Below, piece after piece: positions 45,186-58,698 of a stretch of 64,000 nt of DNA (position 1 is its first letter; the number at the start of each line of letters is the position of its first letter). The stretch comes from Azolla caroliniana (lineage: Eukaryota > Plantae > Polypodiophyta). Below the pieces are notes generated by a model that was not told the DNA's origin, ran no database searches, and saw nothing but the letters and a program-made list of their open reading frames with translations. Where the stretch lies: assembly GCA_043228905.1 (NCBI GenBank), contig JBHGNT010000001.1, forward strand, positions 24,056,001 to 24,120,000, given 5' to 3'. Made by a program: the position numbers and the translations under genes.

Positions 45186-48100
45186 ATGGCGAACGAGAGC
45201 TACGGCGGCGGAGGATACGACGATTCCTACGACGAGAGACCAGAGTTCCAGAATGCCCGCGATCTGCAGCAGCAAGAACCTGACTACGACACTTCCTTCG
45301 TCCCCGACGTTGTCAAGAGCTTTGTGGTCTATCTCTATCGCTATATCAGAGAGAAGAACGTCTACGAAATCCTTCAGATGTATGAAGGAAGCTTCCAAAA
45401 GCTCAGCGACCGGATGTTCAAGAACTCGCCTTGGCCCGTTGTGGAAGCCATCGCTCCCTATGTTGATAATGACCACGTTTTCTGTCTTCTCTACAGAGAG
45501 CTGTGGTTTCGCCATGTCTATGCTCGTCTTACTCCCACTCTCGCTCAACGTATGGATTCATGGGATAACTATTGTAGCCTTTTCCAGATTATTCTTCATG
45601 GGAACGTCAATATGCAACTTCCAAACCCTTGGCTATGGGACATGATCGATGAATTCATATATCAGTTTCAGTCTTTCTGTCAATATCGAGCTAAGCTCAA
45701 GACCAAATCTGATCAGGAGCTTGAGCTCCTTCGAGGATATGCTGAAGTGAGTTATTGTCTTTCAAAATGTTCATTTTAAAAAAATTTCCATACATATTAT
45801 GTCCATTTCCTAGTAGAAAGATGTAAATGCGAATAGAAATAAATGCGTGAATACTATGTGGAGATGTATATAAGGATGGATGGATGCACGTTTTTATATG
45901 CTTCATCAGAAACCCCATTCTCACTGTGGATACACTGGGGTCAGTGGATTATTATGCAAATGTTTTTTTCATGTGCATAATTGATGTCTGCTTCTCTCTT
46001 TTGGCGCACATAGTCATATATATTTGTATTTGTACGTGTGTATGGGTATGGTCTATGTAAACGGGCTTGCATTATAAGGATCTCCAGCTCTTTGGCACTA
46101 TGATGATCTGAGGACTCATCCGAAGTCTTTTTTGTGCTCAGTTGGTTCTGTTGCTTTTTTTCTGCATAAATACATAGAGTTTTATGCAGGAATGTTGCAG
46201 AAACAAGTTATGGCTATAAGAAAACACAAATATACGTGTATGTGTATTTGCGTATGTATGTATGTATGTATGTATGTATGTATGTATGTATATTATGGTG
46301 TTACCTGGTAGGGAAAGTTCAGATTTTTTTCCTGTGTTATTTCCAGAACGTTTCAAATAATGTTTTGAAAAAATGAGAAATGATTTGTACATTGCTTGTG
46401 CACTATCGGAGGATAATGCAATGTGTTGTATATCACACACATAAATACATTGTCGAGAAGCACATATATATCGCAATGTATTACTGGTAGAGAAAGGTAG
46501 AATTATTTTTTGGCTTAATTTCCGAAAACATTATCACCAATATTTTGGAAAACCAATTCATGATTGCCACATTGCTGGTGCAGTTCCAGCTGTTAATGTG
46601 ATGTGTTGTGTATTTACTAATTAATATTTGGTAGAGAAACATGTACATAAAGTTTTAAAACTTTTTTGGGGTTTTAATCTCAGAAAACATATCCAATAAT
46701 GTTTTTGGGAAAACAAGTCATGATTGTGCACATTGCTGGTGCACTCCCAGAGGGGAATCTGATGTGTTGTGTATTACACGGCAATACCTAGCACAGAAAG
46801 TTTGTAGTTGTTTTCTACTTCCTTGGAAAAAACAATCCAATAACATTTTGGGAAAAAGAGACAATTGGGCACATCGCAAGTGTGACCCAAGGTTTTGAGG
46901 GGAATGTGAGTAGAGAAACTTTGTAATCGTTTCTCGAGTTCATTATGAAAGACAATTCCAATGATGAATTTGGAAAAATAAGAGATGGTTTTGCACATTG
47001 TAGATTCATTCCCAAGGTTTCAGAGGGAATGCAACATGTTTGTATAACTCTCTATTTTAAGGCGTTTTTGTTTGTTTAGCATTTGTAGTTTGGTGAATTA
47101 GTTGTGAGATCCACATCATGACCTCTGTGCAAACCTTTGTGCTCATTAGGTGTCAATTTCATTCTGCAATGATATGTAATGTTTGATTCAGTATTTAACT
47201 GGGTTGAATAAACTTGAACAACCAAATGGTTTTTTTCTGAGATTTGAGAATGAATTATTTGTGCTGTCAGAGACCTTTCTAGTGATTGGGAAGCCTTTCT
47301 GGCTGGGTCTTCAGCCCTATTTTGTATTATGACTAAAATGAATTAGAAGAGCTAGCATGCAGAAACTTGGAACAATTATGCATAGTCATACTTGACACTG
47401 TTCTTGCAATATTGAATTCAAATGCAAGGCATTAAAACAATCTTCTACCCTAATCCTCATGACTAAATACAAATTTATTACTGTGTCTCTGGAGGATCAA
47501 AGATCTTAATCCTCATGGTATCCTTTTCAGTTTCTTGCCTTATACAACTGTGTTGATGGGAATTTAAAAACTCTGTACCTTATACTGCAGGTTTGGAATG
47601 TCTATGGAGTGCTTAACTACTTGCAAGCTCTCATTGAGAAATCAGATATTGGTCAGATTTTAATGGACGAGGAGAGTAATGCATCATTCACAAACACTGA
47701 TGGTTATGATTACCAAGGAGGGAGTAATGTTCTCAAAGTGCTTGGTTATTTCAGCATTGTTGGGCTTTTACGTGTTCATTGCCTGTTGGGTGACTATAAC
47801 AGTGGCCTAAAGTGCTTACTTCCAATTGACATCAATCAACAAGGTGTTTTTAGCACTGTTGTAGGTTGTCACATCACAACCATATATTATTATGTATTTG
47901 CCAATTTAATGATGCGGAGGTAAGGTCTCTTTCAACATCCACTTGATATTGGAAATGTAGGCAAAAATAAGTTATTATCTCTTATTCTTGTTCAGATATA
48001 TCGAGGCAATAAAAGCATGTAATCAAATTCTATTGTATATACACAAAACAAAGCAATATCATCAAGCATCATCACAATTTCAACAGATTCTGAAGAAGAA

Positions 48101-49126
48101 TGAGCAGCTTTATGCATTGCTGGCTATATGCCTCTCTCTGTGTCCACAAGGAAAGCTTGTGGATGAAAATGTCAATAATCAACTCAGAGAGAAGCAAGGA
48201 GAAAAGATGCTGAGAATGCAAAGGAATGATGAAGCTGTCTATGATGAATTATTTTCCTTTGCCTGTCCAAAGTTCATAACCCCATCTCCACCTAACTATG
48301 ACGAGCCACTTGTGAATTATAATCAGGTCTAGACTAACAAGACTTTTCTCTGTGAATTCGTTTATGTTGTTTTCAGGGGAAAACAAACTCCCTAAGGTTT
48401 TCTGTTATTTTCCCCCAAAACAACAGAAAAACCCAGGCGCATTGGGGAAATAAAGAACTCGTTTGTATTTTGGAGTTTCTCTCTTGATTTCATCAATATG
48501 ATGATTATTTACAGTTTTTCATGCGCAATGAACAGGATGCCTATAGGTTGCAGCTGAAGCTTTTTCTGTCTGAAGTGCGACAACAACAACTGCTATCTAG
48601 TGTCCGTAGTTTTTTGAAACTGTACAGTGCAATTCCCATTGCAAAATTGGCAGCATTTATGGAGATTGATGAACCAACTCTCAGGTATCTCTACACTACA
48701 ATTGCTATGAATCACATTTGTTTTTGAGATTATGACCATGATCTTTACTCTTTGTTTACAGAATGGCTCTTCTAACTTACAAGCATAAGACCCATGTCCT
48801 TAACAATGACAGAAGAATTGTGTCAAATGCTGATGTTGACTTCTATGTGGATAATGTAATATTTTCATTGCAGTTAGCTTGCACTTGTTATTTTATTATG
48901 TGGATAGTGTTATAATTTAGATTTTTGCAGGATGTTGTTCAAATTGTTGACAGCAAGGTTAGCAAGAGGTTTGGTGATTACTTTATTCGCCATATACTAA
49001 AGGTAATACCTACTGTACCATCCTAACGAGTATACATCATATGGCTGGTTAATTTACTTAAAAAAAGTCGATTACTATCTGCAGTTTGAAGAGCTTATTG
49101 CTGAGTTGGAGTCTGTGCAGCTCTGA
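45186..49126 (+). CDS. eIF3L: Eukaryotic translation initiation factor 3 subunit L, 7 exons
   Basis: Exons 45186-45746, 47591-47919, 47996-48326, 48536-48684, 48762-48855, 48931-49002, 49085-49126; motifs LYRELWFRH, LPNPWLWDMIDEFIYQFQSFCQYR, LGYFSIVGLLRVHCLLGDY, FSFACPKF, RSFLKLY. Confidence 0.96.
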
Positions 49127-50904
49127 CGGAAGAGGTTTGTATTATCATTCAACGAAGAAGTTTTGTAGGTCAGAATCCTGAAGAGTAGCAAAACCATCAC
49201 CTGTGAGCCTGGATTTTTTAGCAAGAAAACATCCTTTCTTTGTCACCAACTTTATAATTTGTATTGTTTTTGTGGGTGGAAAGTGGTTTTGACTTCCCCT
49301 GTAAACATCAAACAAAGCTATTTATGGAAATTGCAATGAAATTGTGTTTTTTATCAATATGATTATTATTGACAGGAGATTAAAATCATTGTGTTTTTAT
49401 CAATATCATTGTGATTGCTAGCCAATTAATTAGTAAGTATTATTATGGAGACCATGTAAATGTATGCCTCTTCTACACTAAAGCATTAGTATTCTGTTCA
49501 TTATGGATCCTATCTAAATATATGGTTAATAACACATCAATTAGTATGGGTCATTATGGAAACCATGTAATTGTATGCCTCTTTTACATTGGCATATTAG
49601 TATTCTGTTCATTGTGGACACAGCATTAGTAATCATTAATTTGTATGGTTCAATATGGAAACCATGTAAATGTACGCCTCTTTTACATTAGCATTAGTAT
49701 TCTGTTCATTATGGAGCCTATCTAAATATGCAGTATCGTGTTCTTAACAAAAGCAAGGCTTCATTGGCGTTAGCAATAGAACGTGTACATCAGTAATATT
49801 ATATTTTAATCTATTTTGGTGTATATGTTCTCTATTTTCAGTTGTATGATCAGTTTTTAAATTGTTTGATCATTTGATTGTTAAGCATTAACTTTTACAT
49901 AATTCATTTATGGTTTTCCACCTGATCTGAATAGTTGCATCTCCCGTCCAATATCCCCATATTCAGAAAGCATAAATTTAATGCATGCAAAAAGCTTATT
50001 GTTGGAAAAAGCAAAAAGCAAACTCGATGAGGGAAATCATCATAAAAAGCTTTTCCCTGGTCACGTCAATATGTTCTCCAAAACTACGAGGGTCAAAAAA
50101 CGAATTGTCCATATTTAGAAAGGCTTAACTAAATATGTGCAAATGTGCAAGGACACTATCACAGGTTTTTCATACATCACTCGCTTGCTGCAGCACATAT
50201 CCTTTTTGGAGAACAGCATACAGAAACAATACACTCTCATGTTAACAATAATTCAGATACTCTCATGTTAACCATTGTTTGCACTCGCAGAGAGTTAATA
50301 CCAGTCCAAACCAAGGTCAACTAACACTTTACCGATTAAAAGTGCATTGCAATTAAACGCAAGGCCAAACTAGAATATATTAAGATATATTACATTATAT
50401 ATTTTTGCAAAAGTTTAAACCAAGGTCAAAATACAATATAAATAAGATATTGATATATAAAATCAACGTGAAACTAGAATACATTTAAGATATTATATAT
50501 AGAAATATATTTCTGCAAAATATGTTACCAATAAAGATAGGGTCAAAATAGAATATAAATAAGATATTGATATATATTTTTGCTGATAAATACCATTTAA
50601 ACAGAAAATTACAAAAATGATTGAATGACAAACCATTCAAATTCCTCCAATGAAAGATCTGACTATATGTTATTTTTTCACAAGCTACAATGATATGGGA
50701 AGATTAGGCAGCTAAGCTACATACACATATTAGCTTAGCTCACTATCTCAATCCCCTGCCACTCAGAGATTTACTACCTAAAATCACACTCAAATTACAT
50801 TTTAAAAAAAGGATAAGAAAGAGCCTAAACTAAAACCTAAACCTCCTATCTAACTACAACAAAACAACAATGAATGGTTAGCTATAATATTATGCTACTC
50901 AGTT

Positions 50905-53900
50905 TCATGCTGCACCTTGAAAAACTTGGCCTCTCCCACCACGGCCCCTTCCCCTTCCCCTTCCTCGTCCACGCCCACGGCCTGCCAGATAACATACAGG
51001 TTTCAGAAATGAAAAATAAAAATGTGTGACCAACATAAAACGTAGATCCAAATGTATTAGTCACTATATTTTACTAACCTTTAGGTAAAATTTTGAACCT
51101 AGAACATCATGTTTGTACTGAACTAAACTTTCTATGTTATTAGCATCAATCAATATACCTCGGCCTCGGAAAAACCCATCAGGAGGGGCAGAATTGGTGT
51201 CTTCATATCCACCGATGTCATCTTGAGTTACATCTATCTCCACTACACCATATCCTCTACCACGACCTCTCTGCCCATATCCTCGACCTCGGCCTCTCCC
51301 ACGGCCTTGTCCACGGCCTCGCCCACGGCTGTAGCCTCCATCAAAACTATTATGCTCTCCACTTGCAACATAGCCACCTAAATTTTTTAACATGCCTAAA
51401 AGTTATGTATATTCATTTGCTCCTTAAAAAGTTTTTCTAGAGTTGCACATTTGTACCTCCTCGTTCACTTGCCTCATAGCCAACACCAGCATTATTACCT
51501 CTTCCACTTGCCTCATAGCCACCTGCGGCATTATTACCTCTTCCACTTGCCTCATAGCCACCACTGGCATTGTTACCTCTTCCACTTGCCTCATAGCCAC
51601 CACTAGCATTGTTACCTCTTCCATCATAGCCACCACTAGCATTGTTACCTTTTCCATCATAGCCACCTGAATGTGTAACATTATGTCAAAGAAATATATA
51701 TGGATATTTTTCCACAGGCACCTTTGATTTTTCAGAGATAGTTTCACCTCTTCCTCTTCCACGCCCTCTTCCTCGCCCTCGTCCTCGTCCACGGCTACCC
51801 TGAGGCAAACCTTCTGTAACCCACATATCATGATTCTTGAATTAAAATCAGCAGGAAACAATGTTCAATTGTAAATACATGAAGGGCACCCAAATACTCA
51901 TTGATTCCCAAAACATAGAATACTAACTACAGGGTTTTAAACTTTTCACTGTAAAACACACCTTAATATTAAAAAATTACTAATATGTCCCTCAGTTTCC
52001 AAAAATTGACTTCTACTCAGGTTCAGGTATTCCGGTAGATATCCAGAAGGTTACAGGTATTCAGCTTTTCATTCCCATGTATAAATAATATAGGCAAGAA
52101 CATTACCACCAGCTTCCTCTTCAAAATCGGCTAAAGGCTTCACAAGATCCAAGGGAAGTGGTGGTTGGTAGCTGCAAAAACAAATAAATTAATATGAAAC
52201 TTGAGCTTACTAAAAATAGAAAAGCAAAGAGAAAACTCTGAGCAATTAAGTACCCCGAAACTGTGGTGTCTAGCTCTTTGACAGAAAGAACAATGGAGAT
52301 CATAGATACATGACGGGTTTGCTCTAGTCTGTATTCAAAGAATTCGAGATAGAAACTCAAAATAAGCAGAAATTTGAATAAGGTACAGATAATATTTTGC
52401 AATAATTTCAGTTCATCCATTTTTCTACTCACGGAAGAAGCCCTTCCTCTAGAGGCTCCCATATATCAGTGATGTCTGTAGAATCAATGGCTGTGATTTG
52501 ATGTAGACCAGCAACCCTTCTCTGTAGATATATTACACAATCATTACAGGGATTGCAAACAGATTCAGCATATTTTTCATTAAAAAAATAATGAGAATAA
52601 AAACCTTATACCTTAATAATCTCGGCAATGTTCACTGTCTTGTTAATAGCACGACCCATAGCTTTCAAAACAATGTCTGATGTTCCCTTGTCCTGCAAGA
52701 AGCATAGATAACAAACAATGTATTCTCAGTTTCAAGCAACAAACGTAAATCCTCTACATTTCCACATACTATGTGAAAAAATATCCTTTATGGCAGAGGG
52801 ACAAATGGAGAAACATAAGAAACCCTCACTTAAAATCATTAAAATGTCCACACAGTAAACACCAGAGAATTTACTTCTTCAGATCCTATACTTAGATTAC
52901 TACCAGCCTCGGTTGAGAACTGAAACTCCATATCCTCTTTCAAGAGCATGTACCCATGTGGGAGCATTACAGTAGTTAAAACAAGCTGGTCCAAGCTACC
53001 GTTGAATTTTCCATTGATTGATGCCACAAAACAGGTTAATTGAAAAAGAAAAGAAAATATGATGGAAATCAAAATATAATTCACAAAGGTCAAAACAGCT
53101 CAAAAGAAAATAGCGATCTAAATAAAGATCACAGTTGTGTTTCCCATTCATTCTCACCAGTGGACAGGACAGATGTAATCAAAACAAGTTCGTCACTGAA
53201 TTTGCCACTCATGATTAAAATGTACAAACTACAAATACCCGAAGTTCACCATTTATTAAATAGATTATGCAAGAGAACCAAGAACCAAATATCCCCATTA
53301 ACCAGCATAAAATGCCAAATATTGTTAGCTATAAGACTTTTGAAACAGGATAAAACCCGTTTAACAAAGAATAACCCAATTTATATAAGATTAAATGCCC
53401 TTTCTCAAAACACAACAGACCCTATCAACTCAAATTGCATACTTTCTACACAGATTATACCCCCAAATGCACAGATAAATCCCTTTCAACACATCTACAA
53501 CCCTTTTAACAAAGAGCAAAACCGAGAAAATCTTTTCCAATTCACGTCTAAAACCCTATCAGCCCCCTTACAATAGAGATAGTGAACCTAAAATCCCCTG
53601 AAGCGGCAAGGAATCACTTTTCAACGTGAAATAAAACCCTTTAGAACGTAGAAATGCCCTTTTCAGCACATAAAACTCATTACAGCCCCTTTCAGAAAGG
53701 AGAGAAAACTACATTTCCAAGATGAAAAAACTATGTCTGCGCAGACAGAACCTCAAAACTCATACAGACGAAAATTATATCTCTAGACAATATAAACAAA
53801 AAAAAAACACCTTCAACCCAAAGATACACACAGAAGCCGCATATCTAAACCCTGAAATACATTGATAGCCAGAGAAAACAAGCCATTTTCACAAAGAAAG

Positions 53901-54051
53901 AAAGTAAAGAAGGGTAGAGATGAAATACCTGAAAGAGAGAGATGGAGTAGGTGATGTAATTCCTCATCTTTCCCTGAGTGGTAATACGAATCTCATTCTC
54001 GCTGATAGGGGTCTCTGGGCGAGGTCTCTCTACACGCTGATAGCGATCCAT
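50905..54051 (-). CDS. Alba-domain DNA/RNA-binding protein (Rpp25-like) with RGG-rich C-terminus, multi-exon
   Basis: Exon 1 MDRYQRVERPRPETPISENEIRITTQGKMRNYITY (54051-53929); exon 2 LKAMGRAINKTVNIAEIIK (52692-52612); later GLHQITAIDSTDITDIWEPLEEG and TRHVSMISIVLS..LDT; RGRG tracts; TGA at 50905-50907. Confidence 0.92.
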
Positions 54052-54274
54052 AATAGCTATATATCAGTAACTACGTATTTATCTGTCTGACTCTCTCTTT
54101 ATATAGGCATATGTGTGGTCTTCACAGCAGAGATTTTCTTCTTCGTCGTTGTCGTCTCTGAGATTGATGGGGAAGAAGAAGACTTTATTAGAGTGAGACA
54201 GACAGACAGACAGACAGACAGAAGAGAGAATGGTGGCTAGACACCCTCCTCTGCCCCCCCCCCCCCCCTCTTCC

Positions 54275-54283
54275 TTAGGGTTT
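54275..54283 (-). promoter_or_regulatory. Telo-box upstream of the Alba gene
   Basis: TTAGGGTTT (AAACCCTAA on -) next to GA/GT microsatellites, ~225 bp before the ATG. Confidence 0.5.
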
Positions 54284-54331
54284 TCTATGAGAGAGAGAGA
54301 GTGTGTGTGTGTGTTTGTGTGTAGATTGTGT

Positions 54332-54362
<31 letters not shown>

Positions 54363-54877
54363 GCATGTAATGGAATGTAAGCAAAGAAGAAGAATTATGT
54401 ATGTATGTATGTATGTATGTATGTATGTAGATTGTGTAGAGAGAGAGAGAGAGAGAGGATGTATGGAATGTAAGCAAAGAAGAAGAATTATGTATGTGTT
54501 GTTATCATGCTCATGAGTCATTCACCAACATTTCCATTCCTCCATTTCTGTCCATCATCATCAACTCCTAGTGCATCGAAAAGAATGCATTGGATGCATG
54601 CCTTTGCATTGCTTTCAGAGGGAAGGATGCTTCCAAAGGCGAAAGGCCATGGGGGAGATATTATCTCTGATCCATGGGTTTCCAATCGGCAAATTGTATC
54701 CAAGCTTGTTTGGCATGTTGTGTGCCGCAGCTTTGCCTCAGACTGGAGAAACTTAGCGAACTGAAACATCAATGTAGCTAAAGGAAAGGAAATCAACTGA
54801 GACTTTGTTAGTAGCGGCGAGCGAAAGAGGATTAGGCAAAGAAAAGGGAAACACCCTAGAAGGATTGAAAGAGAGAG

Positions 54878-54948
54878 GGAGTAAGCTCAATTGGTAAGCT
54901 TGTCCAATGGAGACCAAAATGTCGAGTGTTCAACCCCTACATTTCACA
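54878..54948 (+). other. Degenerate tRNA-like (box A/box B) sequence
   Basis: TAAGCTCAATTGGTAAG..GTGTTCAACCCC, similar to 58315-58385; decayed LTR cassette or SINE head. Confidence 0.4.
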
Positions 54949-55084
54949 GTGGCATCATTTTCAACTCGGATAACATGCAATAGATGTGGACAATGGTGTG
55001 TGTCCCTAGCTTAGGGAGGTGATATACATGTCATTCGGACGACTGTGTACATCCACAATTGGATTTCTGCACATAGAGGAAAGG

Positions 55085-57975
55085 TGTTAGCACTATTAGG
55101 GCTTGATCGTAAGTCTATGAGAAAGATAGAATACACAGTACACAGTATTTACGTGGAAACCCTAAAACGGGAAAAACCACGGGGGCAACAAATCTTCACT
55201 ATGAACAGGAAGGAAGAACATATTACAAGTCTCTGCAAATCAGAGAATACAACCCTTAGGGTTTTGGCGGCAAGTTCTTTTAATTATGCCTCTCTCTCTC
55301 TCTCATGCACTCTCGCGTCTCTTCCTACACTCACTTCTGCCCACCACTACAAAAGCTCTATACGCCTTTTTCCACACACTCATCATCATGGTTGCCCTAG
55401 GTGTATTTATACTCATACACAGTATGGGCTATTTACAAATGTAGTCATTATTATTATATATAATGTATATAATAATTAATCAACCCGACTTGTCGACTTT
55501 GCCTTCGTCTTGAAGCATCCATCCAATGGAGTCGACTCTCTATCTCCTTCAAAAAACCAGTTGACGACCCCGTCGACTCAGTAGTCGATCCGACCAACCA
55601 TCATGTATTCGGCTTGTCAATTCGACTGCTGATTTCTTCCTTCCAGTTCGATTGTCGACTTCTCCCAAAGGAGAGACAAATTCCTAACAAACTCCCCCTT
55701 CATTCCTATGGGCAGAGTCAATTAGTCTTGTCTGAACTGTGAACAGACTTTGAGTCTGTCCATAGGTAGTGGTTTTGTAAGCATGTTGGATCCATTATCA
55801 TCAATATGGATATTCACAACGGTGAGTTCTCTCTCATCCAGCTTCTCTCATACCCAATGATACCTTCTTTGTATGTGCTTGGTCTGAGAGTGATACACAA
55901 TGTTCTTGGCTAGATGTATGGCACTCTGACTATCATAGTGGAGTTGGAATTTGTCTTGTTTCATTCCCAATTCACTAAGAAAATTCTTCATCCATATTAT
56001 CGCCTTTCTGGTCTCTATTGCAGCCATATACTTTGCCTCTGTGGTTGACAACGTCGCAATATTCTATAGTCTTGTCTGCCACAACACTGCTCCCCCTACA
56101 TAGGTCATCACATAGCCTGATGTGGATCGGCTTGAGTCTGTCTACGTCCCTTGACATGTCTAAATTGGAAAAACCTTCAAGCATAGGCTTTCCGAGACCA
56201 TACCTAAGGCACACCCTCGAGGTGCCTTTCAAGTACTTGAGTATCCACTTTACTATTGCCTAGTGTTCTCGACCTGGATTACTCATGTATATTGGCTCAT
56301 TATTCCGACTGCAAATGCTATTATGGTCTCGTACAGATCATAACATACATTAAACTATCGACAACCGAGGCATATGGTACTTTCCTTATCTCGGCCTTAT
56401 CCTTCTCTCTTTTTGGACATTGTTTAGCATTCAACTTGCAGTTTGTCTGCAATGCAGACCCGATTGGTTTTGCTTCCGACATGCTAAATCTTTCCAAGAT
56501 CTTTGTCACATACTTTTGTTGTGACAAGCATAGCATGTTCTTAGTTCTGTCACGAACTATGTGCATCCCCAATATTTGCTTTGCCAGTCCAAGATCTTTC
56601 ATGGCAAATGACTTGCCTAGCGCTTTCTTTAAGCTTGCTATGTTCTTGGTGTCTTGTTTGACCACTAACATGTCGTTAACATATAGTAAGAGAATCAAGA
56701 AGTCGCCTGCATCATACCTTTTTACAAACACACAATGATCAGCTTGTGTTTTATGGAACCCGTGTTCCAACATGAAGGATTCAAACTTCTTGTACCATTG
56801 GTGTGTAGCTTGTTTCAGACCATACAAGATTTTCCTTAGTCAACACACCAAATTCTCTTTCCCTTTCTCCACAAAGCCTTTGGGCTATTGCATATAGATC
56901 TCTTCGTCTAATTCCCCATGAAAGAATGTTGTCTTGACATCCAATTGCTCTATGTTCCGATTCATACTGGCAGCAATACCTAACACTGTTCGAATGGATG
57001 TCATCTTTATGACTGCTGTGAAGATCTCATCAAAATCGACCCCTTTCTTATGTTGACCCCTTTACTACGATTCAAGCCTTGTATTTGGGTGAGCTGCCAC
57101 CTTCCCCATTTTTTAGTTTGAAGACCCATTTGTTGCTCAGGGCTCTCTTACCTTTTGGTAGTTCCACCAAGTCGTAAGTGTAGTTTTCATTCAAGGAGTC
57201 CATCTCATCTTGCATTTCACTCTACCATTTCTCCTTGCGCTTGTCTTCCATGACCTCTTCGTAGCATTCTGGCTCATCTTCATCAGTCAATAAAACATAT
57301 TGACTGGCGTATCGTGAGGGTGCTCTCCTTTGCCTGAGGGGATATCTTCCACCTCCCATAGTCGGCTTAGGTTCGAATGTCCCTGCCGACTCTTCGTTTG
57401 GCTCAGGTTCAGACATGTCGATCGATTGTTGAAGATTGATTGACTCCAACTTGTATGCCTCAATCGACTTCTGAAGGTCTGCCAACTCTGACTCATATGT
57501 ATTAGGCGGTTGCTCCAAGTCAACCATCTCGGATTCGGCAGTTCCGACTGGTCTTGAATCGATAATAGTGGGAGTAGACTTGGAAGCCAATTTCGACTTC
57601 TGTTGTTTCCAGTCCTCGATTGTCTTGTCTTTCAAGAACACGATGTCCCAACTCCTCACAACCTTCTTATTGAGTAAGTCCCATAGACGGAAGCCAAATT
57701 CATCCTCCGAGTACCCCATAAATATGCATGGTTTCGACTGGCTGTCGAGCTTCGACCTCTGATCCTTTGTTACATGCATATATGCCAGACATCCGAACAC
57801 CTTCAAGTGTTGATAAGAGACATCTTTACCTGTCCAACCCTCCGTGGAACATCACCTTTCAGGGGCACTAAGGGTGACTTGTTGATCAGATAAACAATCG
57901 TATACATAGCCTCAACCCAATTCGATTTTGGCAGTTTTGCATGCGACAACATGCTCCTTACTCTTTCCATGATTG
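55085..57975 (-). mobile_element. Element G: decayed Tork/Tnt1-like copia (3' LTR 55085-55689, RNase H, RT, integrase C-terminal part)
   Basis: TGTTAG..CTAACA LTR; PPT GAAGGGGGAGTT; YGLKQ, LLLYVND, STTEAKY, TKHIQRRYH, KVFGCLAY; many stops; interrupted at 57975 by F. Confidence 0.9.
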
Positions 57976-58698
57976 TGTCACGAAAGGGTGGAATGAGGCT
58001 AAGTACCAAGAGAGAGCGAGAGCGTAAGCAATATCACAAGATTGTCACAGACAAGTAGACGAGGCTTAACATTAAGAGATAATGGGAGAGAGAGCATAGA
58101 CAAGAGAACAAGCAAGAGAGAGAGAAAATAGACAAATGAACAATAACTGAATTATGCTTTCGTAACTGGTGTTATTGTGCATCCTAGTATTTATACAAGA
58201 ATGTGGAGGTATGCATGAAAGCTAGAAGACTTCTAGAGAGTGCATGAAGATGCATTCTCTAGAAGGTTATTGAAAGTTCTAGTGTTGAATCTTATACAAT
58301 ACAATAATGTATAGATGGATGTAGCTCAACTGGTAAGGTTTCCCAATAAGACTAGAAGGTCATGGGTTCGACCCCCACCATTCCATGAGACATCTTGTCT
58401 ATGACATTATCCTCCCTCTAAGGCCGCCTCCTAGGACCCGCGCCGGTTTCTGTGGATAACGGGTTCAAGAAATGCTCGAACTATGTTGGGGGCATGCTTG
58501 AGATGGTGTGGGAGCTCCCATGTTGCTTCCGAGATCGGGTCCTCTTTCCAGAGGACAAGGTATTGAAGCTAACGACGGAAGAGACGAGAGTTAAGAATTT
58601 GGTCGACCTCATATTCTTCTCTGGTTGAGAGCTGGATTGGTGGTGGAGGAGAAGGGTGTCAACCGGGGATTTCAGATATATGGTGAGGTTCCAGAAGG
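57976..58698 (-). mobile_element. Element F: 3' end of a third chromovirus (3' LTR 57976-58406, decayed chromodomain)
   Basis: TGTCA..TGACA LTR; PPT AGAGGGAGGATAA; translation PPPPIQLSTREEYEVDQILNSR..YLVLWK..ATWE; interrupted by H. Confidence 0.85.

Noticed and set aside
58315-58385. Functional tRNA gene
   Set aside because: No proper anticodon stem-loop and an imperfect acceptor stem; lies inside an LTR. Reported as a tRNA-like cassette instead.
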